DNA from: an uncultured cyanobacterium
GTDB taxonomy: Bacteria > Cyanobacteriota > Cyanobacteriia > Leptolyngbyales > Leptolyngbyaceae
Reading direction: 5' to 3'
DNA length: 64,000 bases
NCBI GenBank assembly: GCA_963766075.1
Contig: CAVYAN010000117.1
Location: 1-64,000, forward strand
Below the pieces are notes generated by a model. It did no database searches, was not told the origin of the DNA, and saw only the letters and a program-made list of their open reading frames with translations. Shown in pieces: positions 1 to 7,872 of this stretch (positions are counted from its first letter, which is position 1; every line of letters starts with the position of its first letter). Position numbers and translations under genes: made by a program.

Positions 1-600
1 GTCCAATTCCGCCAAAATCGTGTCTAGGTCAATTTCGGGTAATAGATAGAGATCTTCATCCCCCCCGCCCGGTACTACGTGCTCTTCCCCTAGCCGATCT
101 TCCCCTGGCCGGTCTTCCCCTGGCCGCACCTTTCCATCCCCTTGTCCCACCCCCAAGCGCTGGGCTCGCAGTTTCACCTGCTGTCCGGATTCCTCTGCAC
201 AAACGTATAGGGTACGGTATCGCAGGGAAAGGCGATTGGCCGTTTGCAGCAGCAGGGTGGATTTGCCAATGCCGGGGTCGCCGCCGATTAGGATTAAGGA
301 ACCTGGGACAATTCCCCCGCCCAGCACCCGATCCAGTTCGTCATAGCCAGAGGGCAACCGCACCTGGGGGTGATCGGTAATGTCTGCCAGTTTCAGGGAG
401 GCTTTGGGTTGCGCCGGTCCGCTGGCCGTGCGACCGCGGGCATTGATGCGGGTGGCCACAGCGCCAGGGCGAACGGTGGGGGCAGTGGCGACCTGTTCCT
501 CCATGGTGTTCCAACTGCCACAGGCGGAACATTTACCGAAGTACTGGGCGGCTTCCGCACCGCACTGATTGCACACATAGAGGGTCCGAACTTTGGGCAT
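1..600 (-). CDS. radA: DNA repair protein RadA/Sms (5' part; runs off window start)
   Basis: Manual translation: MPKVRTLYVCNQCG...GKCSACGSWN zinc finger, ELDRVLGGGIVPGS, Walker A GGDPGIGKSTLLLQ, AEESGQQVKLRAQRLG. Confidence 0.95.
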   Translation of the reverse strand, partial: MPKVRTLYVCNQCGAEAAQYFGKCSACGSWNTMEEQVATAPTVRPGAVATRINARGRTASGPAQPKASLKLADITDHPQVRLPSGYDELDRVLGGGIVPGSLILIGGDPGIGKSTLLLQTANRLSLRYRTLYVCAEESGQQVKLRAQRLGVGQGDGKVRPGEDRPGEDRLGEEHVVPGGGDEDLYLLPEIDLDTILAELD

Positions 601-610
601 GGGTTCCAGT

Positions 611-901
611 TCAATCAGGGTGGGCTTGTAGCCATTCGGTCAGATCGGCAATCGCCGCAAAGTCCAGCAAATCTTCAGCCAGGATTTCCAAGTGTGGCAG
701 GCTGAGGGCCATGAGCCGCGATCGCAGATCCACAGGCAAATCCCCCAGACGCCGCACCAGTTGACGCAATACCAGCGATCGCGCTTCTTCCCGCCGTCCT
801 TGCTCTAGACCTTGCTCTAGACCTTGCTCCAGACCTTGCTCCAGACCTTGCTCTAGACCTTGCACTCTACCCCGCTCCATCCAACTGGTGGTAATCTGCA
901 T
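611..901 (-). CDS. Putative intragenic small protein (RpnS-like antitoxin, 96 aa), in frame within Rpn 611-1588
   Basis: Minus strand reads CAGGAGGAAATCATGCAG: AGGAGG 5 nt before in-frame ATG (Met230). Confidence 0.6.
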   Translation of the reverse strand: MQITTSWMERGRVQGLEQGLEQGLEQGLEQGLEQGRREEARSLVLRQLVRRLGDLPVDLRSRLMALSLPHLEILAEDLLDFAAIADLTEWLQAHPD

Positions 902-1588
902 GATTTCCTCCTGGCTCGTGGACTCCATTGTATCAATTTCCGCCTGGAACGCCCTTTCCTCCTTAGGATTCAGCCGGAGGTAGATATCAATAAACTGGGA
1001 AATGAGCTGCGTTCTAGCCGGATCTAGGCGAAGGGTAACCAACAGGCGTAGACATTCTGCCTTCACCCTGGGCCGCTCTGCCGGGGCAATCTTCATTTTC
1101 GCCATCAGTGCAGCTGCGACAGGATTCGGTTGATGGAGATAATTACGCCAGTCCAACCGATTCAGTTGAATCGCTCGGAAACGAAACGTCAGTACGTCCA
1201 GATCGGCAAACGTCATGACATGGGTATCGGGTTCGGGCCGATAGGGTTCATCAAAAGAAAAAACTACAATGGGATAAATCTGCTGGCGATACTTTTGATA
1301 CAGGCGAGCAAAGTAGAAAAACATCCGCTGCTCGAAATCTGCTTGGCTGGATGCTTGCGCTTCAACATGGATGAGAAACGTCAGATCTTGTTCCACTGCC
1401 TGCGCAGATACGAGGAGATCAATAATCTTCTCTTCTCCTAGGGCCAAGTCAGCAAAGTATTCCTGCTGCAGAAAAGTGATGGAGTCGGGCATGATTGTTT
1501 GGGCGATCTGAGGCGCAAACAGATCTAGAAATTCGATGAAGAAGGTAGACAGTAGCTCCTTAAACAAAGCATCGTGGGGAATTGTCAT
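611..1588 (-). CDS. Rpn/YhgA-like PD-(D/E)XK nuclease (putative transposase family) with DUF4351-like C-terminus
   Basis: HDALFKELL N-terminus, IIDLLV...HVEAQ nuclease motif, NPVAAALM, (GLEQ)n tract, LVLRQLVRRLG...LEILAEDLLDF tail. Confidence 0.88.
   Translation of the reverse strand: MTIPHDALFKELLSTFFIEFLDLFAPQIAQTIMPDSITFLQQEYFADLALGEEKIIDLLVSAQAVEQDLTFLIHVEAQASSQADFEQRMFFYFARLYQKYRQQIYPIVVFSFDEPYRPEPDTHVMTFADLDVLTFRFRAIQLNRLDWRNYLHQPNPVAAALMAKMKIAPAERPRVKAECLRLLVTLRLDPARTQLISQFIDIYLRLNPKEERAFQAEIDTMESTSQEEIMQITTSWMERGRVQGLEQGLEQGLEQGLEQGLEQGRREEARSLVLRQLVRRLGDLPVDLRSRLMALSLPHLEILAEDLLDFAAIADLTEWLQAHPD
798..863. repeat. 12-bp coding tandem repeat (CCTTGCTCYAGA, about 5.5 copies) encoding GLEQ
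   Basis: Directly visible in sequence. Confidence 0.95.
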
Positions 1589-2116
1589 GGTCCTAAAAAT
1601 GGCGTTCTGGGGCTTCTATGGATCCTGGAAAACAGCAAGTGATCCCGGGGAAACGGCAGGCATAGCCAGCGATAGTTCTCAGTCCTGTTAAAACAATCAC
1701 CTGTTTTTTACAAAACGTAACTTGATGTGCATCTTGTCTGGAATTCGGTGTACTGACAATAAGTCCTCTTTCCACAGGCTTAAAACCGAGTCCACGCCAT
1801 AAAATGGCCGAGAAAATGACCGGAAATTCATGTGATCGCAATAAATCTTAAGAAAGCCTGAAACTGAATATGCCGAGGAATTCAGAGGGTTTAATTAAGA
1901 TTAATGCACAAACATCTTTCAATGTTAAAGTACAAAAACTCACGAATTAATAAGTAGGTAGGCGTGATCAAACGGAAGATGTCGGCGTTGGACCTCGGTG
2001 GTAGAGCCATTTGAGCCTTGACACCTCAAGCCTAGGCTCACAGCCATCTTTTACTGAGTTAGGCGTTCCTGCTTATAGAGCTAATCCATAAAACCTACTG
2101 AGGGAGCGAGAGTCCA

Positions 2117-2848
2117 TTGGAAAACCATAAAGAGAAAATCCTGGTTGTTGATGATGAAGCCAGCATTCGCCGCATTTTAGAAACCCGATTATCGATGATT
2201 GGTTACGATGTGGTTACGGCTGCCGATGGTGAAGAAGCGCTGGACACCTTCCGTAACGCCGATCCTGATCTCGTCGTGTTGGATGTCATGATGCCCAAAC
2301 TCGACGGCTATGGCGTGTGCCAAGAGCTGCGCAAAGAATCGGACGTGCCCATTATTATGCTGACGGCACTGGGGGATGTGGCCGATCGCATCACGGGCCT
2401 AGAACTTGGTGCCGATGATTACGTCGTCAAGCCGTTTTCGCCCAAGGAACTGGAAGCCCGCATTCGTTCCGTGCTGCGGCGCGTAGAAAAGACGGGTACC
2501 TCTGGCATTCCCAGTTCCGGCGTGATCGCCATCAACACGATCCGAATCGATACGAATAAGCGCCAAGTGTACAAGGGTGACGAACGCATCCGCCTCACGG
2601 GTATGGAATTTAGCCTATTGGAGTTGTTGGTCAGTCGTTCCGGAGAAGCCTTTTCCCGCTCAGAGATCTTGCAGGAAGTCTGGGGTTACACCCCGGAGCG
2701 CCATGTCGATACTCGGGTCGTGGACGTGCACATTTCTCGGCTGCGGGCAAAGCTGGAAGATGATCCCAGCAACCCCGAGTTGATTCTGACTGCGCGCGGC
2801 ACGGGCTATCTTTTTCAACGGATTCTAGACCCTAGCGAAGAAAAGTAA
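2117..2848 (+). CDS. rpaB: OmpR-family response regulator RpaB (Ycf27), TTG start
   Basis: KEKILVVDDEASIRRILETRLSMIGY...WGYTPERHVDTRVVDVHISRLRAKLEDDPSNPELILTARGTGYLFQR; divergent from radA. Confidence 0.97.
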   Translation: MENHKEKILVVDDEASIRRILETRLSMIGYDVVTAADGEEALDTFRNADPDLVVLDVMMPKLDGYGVCQELRKESDVPIIMLTALGDVADRITGLELGADDYVVKPFSPKELEARIRSVLRRVEKTGTSGIPSSGVIAINTIRIDTNKRQVYKGDERIRLTGMEFSLLELLVSRSGEAFSRSEILQEVWGYTPERHVDTRVVDVHISRLRAKLEDDPSNPELILTARGTGYLFQRILDPSEEK

Positions 2849-3000
2849 GGTGAGGCGTGACTCGCCGATCAATTTAACGTTGATTTGTGACTAACGTTAA
2901 ATTGTGAATTTTGTAGTATTTGCTGCAAATTTAGAATGGAGCGCGGTGGGCGGGCTATGATCCTATATGGATTGCCCGCAATGCCTAGGTTTCCATTCCC

Positions 3001-4164
3001 ATGCAAATTTATTTGGATTACAGCGCCACCACACCGCCGCGCCCAGAAGCCATCGCCGCCATGCAGGATGTCCTGACCCTAACGTGGGGGAATCCTTCCA
3101 GTTTGCATGCGTGGGGGAATCGTTCGGCCACGGTCGTAGAGCGGGCTCGTGTTCAGGTTGCGCGGTTGCTGAATGCACCTCCAGAGTCAATTGTATTTAC
3201 CTCCGGGGGCACCGAGGCCGATAATCTGGTGGTCTTGGGCATGGCCCGCCAGTATGTGATGCCCCGGCATATGATCATTTCCAGCGTGGAGCATTCCGCG
3301 ATCGCTGAGCCCATTCGCTGGCTAGAAACCCTGGGCTGGCAGGTTACCCGTCTGCCCGTTGATCACTGTGGTCGGGTGAGCCCCCTGGACCTGAAAGCCG
3401 CTCTCCGTCCTGAAACAGCCCTGATTTCGATCATCTATGGGCAAAGCGAAGTGGGGACTGTGCAGCCGATCGCCGATCTGGGGGCGATCGCCCACGCGGC
3501 TGGCGTGCCCTTCCATACCGATGCAGTCCAAGTGGCGGGACGCTTGCCCCTGGATGTGCAAACCCTGCCCGTCGATTTCCTTTCCCTATCAAGCCACAAG
3601 ATCTATGGGCCCCAGGGCGCGGGTGCCTTGTATATTCGTCCCGGCGTACCGCTAGAACCCATTTTGACCGGGGGCGGGCAGGAGTCACGACTCCGCTCAG
3701 GCACCCAGGCTGTGCCGGCGATTGTTGGCTTTGGGGTCGCCGCAGAACTTGCAGCCCAGGAACTGGTAACGGAAACTCCTCGCTTGATCCATCTGCGGGA
3801 GCGGTTGTTTGCGGCCTTGGCTGGCGTGCCAGGATTGGTGCCTACGGGCGATCGCCACTTTCGCCTGCCCCATCACACCAGCTTTTGTCTGGAAGATGCC
3901 GATGGTGAGAGCCTCAGTGGCAAAACCCTGGTGCGGCAGATGAACTTAGCCGGAATTGGCATTAGTGCCGGAGCCGCCTGCAACAGTGGCAAGCTGAATC
4001 CCAGTCCGGTGTTATTAGCCATGGGCTATGGCGATCGCCGTGCCAAAGCGGGCATTCGCCTCACCTTGGGACGCGATACTACCGCTGCGGATATTGACTG
4101 GACGGCGATGGTGCTGAAGCAAGTCCTGGAACGCTTAAAAACACCTGCCCTCAGCCGCCTCTGA
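3001..4164 (+). CDS. iscS: Cysteine desulfurase (NifS/IscS family)
   Basis: IYLDYSATT, GNPSSLH, FTSGGTEADN, PLP lysine motif SSHKIYGPQG, ISAGAAC catalytic Cys. Confidence 0.92.
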   Translation: MQIYLDYSATTPPRPEAIAAMQDVLTLTWGNPSSLHAWGNRSATVVERARVQVARLLNAPPESIVFTSGGTEADNLVVLGMARQYVMPRHMIISSVEHSAIAEPIRWLETLGWQVTRLPVDHCGRVSPLDLKAALRPETALISIIYGQSEVGTVQPIADLGAIAHAAGVPFHTDAVQVAGRLPLDVQTLPVDFLSLSSHKIYGPQGAGALYIRPGVPLEPILTGGGQESRLRSGTQAVPAIVGFGVAAELAAQELVTETPRLIHLRERLFAALAGVPGLVPTGDRHFRLPHHTSFCLEDADGESLSGKTLVRQMNLAGIGISAGAACNSGKLNPSPVLLAMGYGDRRAKAGIRLTLGRDTTAADIDWTAMVLKQVLERLKTPALSRL

Positions 4165-4190
4165 TGCGGATACTGGCTCCATCAGAGGCG

Positions 4191-4907
4191 CTACATCAGG
4201 AACTGGAACCACTGAAACGGAAAAACCGCTTTGAGCGGGATGAGATAGTAGGCCGTGGCCACGCCGCCCAAAAAGCCAAACAAATGCCCTTTCCAAGAAA
4301 CCCCAGGTTTGCGCGGAAACAGATTCAGAAATTGAAAGTAATAGAAAAATAGGGCCGCCATCGACAGGATAGCCGGGAGCGGTTCGTGGGAAAAATACCC
4401 TCGGGCCACTAAAAAACCAAAGTAGCCAAATAACACACCGCTGAAGCCAATGGTGGGTCGGCGTGATGGTCCAAACACCCAAACACCCAGTCCACTCGTC
4501 AGGGCGGTAATTACCGTCAACAGGGCAAAGTTATCAATCCCCGTCATCAAAACCAAACTGCCCCAAATCAAAAATACCTGCGAGTTGCCGCTAATGTGAT
4601 CGATATCAGCATGGAGAAACGGGGCGCAAACAATCCCAATCAAACCCTCGATCCGGCGAGCATAGATGCCAAACAGGAAGTTCAGACGATTTCTCAGGAA
4701 GGCCGCATTGACCAGCCAGACCAGCCATAGCACCCCTAGTACACTGGCCAAAATTCTGACAATGCCCAAAAAATTGCCTGTGGTCGCATGAAATAGCCAT
4801 AAGGCCCAAATCAAAAAGACAATGAGAATTTGATCTCTGTTTAATAGGCTTTCAGCTTGGCGTACCTTTTTACTTGAAATGCTCCTTGAAATACTTCGCG
4901 ATCGCAC
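4191..4907 (-). CDS. Rhomboid-family intramembrane serine protease (start uncertain)
   Basis: PFLHAD..H..GN, IGFSGVLFG (GxSG), VSWKGHLFG. Confidence 0.8.
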   Translation of the reverse strand: MRSRSISRSISSKKVRQAESLLNRDQILIVFLIWALWLFHATTGNFLGIVRILASVLGVLWLVWLVNAAFLRNRLNFLFGIYARRIEGLIGIVCAPFLHADIDHISGNSQVFLIWGSLVLMTGIDNFALLTVITALTSGLGVWVFGPSRRPTIGFSGVLFGYFGFLVARGYFSHEPLPAILSMAALFFYYFQFLNLFPRKPGVSWKGHLFGFLGGVATAYYLIPLKAVFPFQWFQFLM

Positions 4908-5167
4908 AACTCCTACTCCCCTTCCCCGTAAACCCCAGCCCGCACCATTTTGCCCGACTTTTCTGAATTTTCGACCTGTATCGGCAACTTTCTAGGGAAA
5001 TTTTTGGAGAATTTCTGCGGTGTCACTCCTGCCACGCTCGGACTCCCCGCATCCTGATACACTTTGTGTGGAAAGTTTCCTCACTGCGGATCACCGGATC
5101 GTCCCGATGCCGATTATCATGAGATCCTTCGCAGCCCAGCGCCTTTTGGACATGCATACTGACAGAC

Positions 5168-6496
5168 ATGAATACTGAGACCGCGCCAAATATCGTAGTC
5201 CTGCTGCTGATTAACGTGGTTCTAGTGCTCATCAACGCCTACTTCGCCGCAGCGGAAGTGGCTTTATTGTCAGCCAGTGACGTCCGGCTCAAGATGTTAT
5301 CCGACCAGGGCGATCGCCGCGCCCGCATGGTGCTGGCCACCACCGCCGACAGCACCCGGTTTCTGGCCACCATTCAGCTCGTCCTCACCCTGGTGGGATT
5401 TCTGAACGCCGCCTTTGCTGCCGAAAACCTGTCCAAACCTCTGGGGGCGGTCCTCCAACCCCTGGTTGGCCCCCAAATGGGATCGAAGTTGGCCCTGGTC
5501 AGCGTCACCATTGTGGTGGCCCTAGTCAACCTGATTGGGGGCGAACTGGTGCCCAAACGGATTGCCATCCGCCATGCCGAAGCCGTCTCGTTGTCCTGTG
5601 TGGAGTTGATCCGCCTGCTGGAGACCTGCACTTCGCCCCTGATTAAACTGATCAGTCAGACCACCAGCTTCATTTTGGAGTTAACCGGAAATCCCCCCGG
5701 CGATGCGGGCGAACTGGTCAGTACGGAAGAAATTAAAGCCATGGTCGATGCGGGCCGCGACGACGGAGTAGTCGGAGAACAGGAGCGGCGCATTATTCAC
5801 GGAGCGGTCGAACTCAGCCACATTCCTGCCCGCGCCATTATGGTGCCCCGCGTGCAGATTCAGTACCTCAAAACCAGCACCACCCTCGAAGAAGCTTTCC
5901 AAATTGTCTCGGAAAACGCCCACACGCGCTTGCCTGTGTGCAATGACGATCTGGATAATATTCTCGGCATTTTGCATGTTAAGGATCTGATTCGTCCCCT
6001 GAAAGGGCTGCTGGAACAGCCGCCCAGCATCAAAGAGCTGCTACGCCCGGTGCATTACGTCCCTGAAACCAAAATGGCCCGGGAACTCCTAGCCGAAATG
6101 AAGAAAAATCGCCTGCATCTGGTGATTGTGCGGGATGAATTTGGCGGTACGGCAGGTTTGGTGACCTTGGAAGATGTCCTGGAAGAGCTGGTGGGTGAAA
6201 TTCGAGACGAGTACGATGCCGAAGAAGAACGAGAGTTTCGCCAAATCAGCGCCCACGAAGGGATTTTCAAAATTCGCGCCAGCCTCTCCACGGTGAATAA
6301 TGAGCTGGACTTGGCCTTGCCACGAGATGAGGCGGCGACGCTGGCGGGCCTGTTTCTGGAAGAATTGCAGCGGCCCCCGGAAGCGGGCGATCGCCTCACG
6401 ATTGAAAACATCGAACTCACGGTACTGGAGGATGGTCAGCGGGTGCGGGTGATGCAGGTGACGGATCCGGAAGACGATGACATCCCTGAGGGCTAA
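5168..6496 (+). CDS. Hemolysin/CNNM family protein (DUF21 + 2 CBS + CorC)
   Basis: NAYFAAAEVAL, GELVPKRIA, IMVPR, DEFGGTAGLVTLEDVLEELVGEIRDEYD. Confidence 0.93.
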   Translation: MNTETAPNIVVLLLINVVLVLINAYFAAAEVALLSASDVRLKMLSDQGDRRARMVLATTADSTRFLATIQLVLTLVGFLNAAFAAENLSKPLGAVLQPLVGPQMGSKLALVSVTIVVALVNLIGGELVPKRIAIRHAEAVSLSCVELIRLLETCTSPLIKLISQTTSFILELTGNPPGDAGELVSTEEIKAMVDAGRDDGVVGEQERRIIHGAVELSHIPARAIMVPRVQIQYLKTSTTLEEAFQIVSENAHTRLPVCNDDLDNILGILHVKDLIRPLKGLLEQPPSIKELLRPVHYVPETKMARELLAEMKKNRLHLVIVRDEFGGTAGLVTLEDVLEELVGEIRDEYDAEEEREFRQISAHEGIFKIRASLSTVNNELDLALPRDEAATLAGLFLEELQRPPEAGDRLTIENIELTVLEDGQRVRVMQVTDPEDDDIPEG

Positions 6497-6593
6497 TCGC
6501 TAGCAAGGTGTCGTTTCAGGAGTGCATCGTTGCTCGGCAGATGGCCATGCGCCTTTGAAGTTGTTAGGCAATTTGTTAAGCACCTTAAATGAA

Positions 6594-7484
6594 ATGAAGG
6601 ATCAAAATCCTAACCCCGCGATCGCCCATGATCAAAACTTCAAAGAGTTGATCACGACCTTCTTTCTCGAGTTTCTAGAACTCTTTTTGCCAGAACTGTC
6701 CTGCACGATCGACCCAACCTCCCTCACCTTTCTCCAGCAAGAATATTTCATTGATCTCGTCGAGGGCGAAGAGCAAATTGTGGACCTATTGGCAGAGGTA
6801 AAACAGGCCGGACAGAACACAACGTTCCTGGTACATATCGAGCCTCAATCCACCCGTCAGGCGAACTTTGAGCAGCGCCTATTTTTCTATTTTGCGCGCC
6901 TACATCAAAAACACCGGAAACGGGTTTATCCCATCGCCATTTTTTCCTTCGATCAGCCCCAACGGGCCGAAAAAGATACCTACACTGTCGAGTTTCTCGA
7001 TCGCAAAGTATTAGAATTCAGCTTTGCTGCGATTCAGTTGAATCGGTTGGACTGGCGGGATTATCTCCATCGACCGAATCCCGTTGCAGCCGCACTGATG
7101 GCCAAGATGAAGATTGCCAAAAAAGATCGCCCAAAGGTAAAAGCAGAATGTCTACGACTCATGGTGACGCTCAAGCTGGATCCCGCCAAGACACGTCTAA
7201 TTTCTAAGTTTGTGGATACCTATCTAAGACTGAATGCCCAGGAAGAACGCACCTTTCAGGCAGAAATTGATAAACTAGAGCTAGGGCAAAAGGAGGCCAT
7301 TATGCAAGTGACCACCAGTTGGGAAGAAAAAGGCATAGAAAAAGGCATAGAAAAAGGCATAGAAAAAGCGACCCGCACGATCGCCTTCAACCTCCTGCAA
7401 AAGCGCATTCCTTTAGACACCATTACCGCCGTCACCGGTCTCACTCTGGAACAGCTCCAACAAATCCAGACAGAGTCCCAGTAG
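6594..7484 (+). CDS. Second Rpn/YhgA-like PD-(D/E)XK nuclease (ATG 6594 preferred over 6522)
   Basis: HDQNFKELI, IVDLLAEV...HIEPQ, NPVAAALMAKMKI shared with 611-1588; (EKGI)n tract; IAFNLLQ...TGLTLEQLQQI tail. Confidence 0.88.
   Translation: MKDQNPNPAIAHDQNFKELITTFFLEFLELFLPELSCTIDPTSLTFLQQEYFIDLVEGEEQIVDLLAEVKQAGQNTTFLVHIEPQSTRQANFEQRLFFYFARLHQKHRKRVYPIAIFSFDQPQRAEKDTYTVEFLDRKVLEFSFAAIQLNRLDWRDYLHRPNPVAAALMAKMKIAKKDRPKVKAECLRLMVTLKLDPAKTRLISKFVDTYLRLNAQEERTFQAEIDKLELGQKEAIMQVTTSWEEKGIEKGIEKGIEKATRTIAFNLLQKRIPLDTITAVTGLTLEQLQQIQTESQ
7302..7484 (+). CDS. Putative intragenic small protein (RpnS-like antitoxin, 60 aa), in frame within Rpn 6594-7484
   Basis: AAGGAGGCCATTATGCAA: AGGAGG at 7291-7296, 5 nt before in-frame ATG 7302. 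Confidence 0.6.
   Translation: MQVTTSWEEKGIEKGIEKGIEKATRTIAFNLLQKRIPLDTITAVTGLTLEQLQQIQTESQ
7326..7368. repeat. 12-bp coding tandem repeat GAAAAAGGCATA, about 3.5 copies (EKGI)
   Basis: Directly visible. Confidence 0.95.
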
Positions 7485-7746
7485 AAGTGACTTCGGAAAA
7501 GAAGTGATTAGTACCCAAAATTGGGCGATCGCACACTCTACTTGAGCGCGGACACTTGCCAGTCAGCCCATTGCTGAGACGTGGCCACCCACTCCAGCCT
7601 GTCTGAGGGCTAGGTCATGAGGGCTATGTAATCGGCGGGGCAGGGGTCATGACCCAGACCTCAGCCATGGCCAGGAAAGGTGAAAAAATTTTGACGCCCT
7701 GCGCGCGGAGTAAAGATAAAGGGCTAAAGAGCAAAAGGGTAGAGGG

Positions 7747-7872
7747 CTAAAGAGCCCTAGCAGCCACACAGACAACTCGAAAACCGTAGTGGAAGTCGCG
7801 GTTATCGGGCGCATTGAAGTAGCGAACCGCAGATCGGCAATGCCTCGGATCGCTGTACCAAGAACCGCCGCG
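7747..7872 (-). other. Candidate DGR variable region (VR) at 3' end of FGE domain
   Basis: RGGSW-TAC AGC GAT-PR-CAT-CRSA-GTT-R-TAC TTC AAT-APD-AAC-R-GAC TTC CAC TAC-GFRVV: all non-scaffold codons are NNY, derivable from AAY. Confidence 0.6.

Noticed and set aside
611..7484. Rpn genes as IS elements/transposases
   Set aside because: No terminal inverted repeats, target duplications or DDE/HUH motifs seen; the family is a PD-(D/E)XK nuclease.
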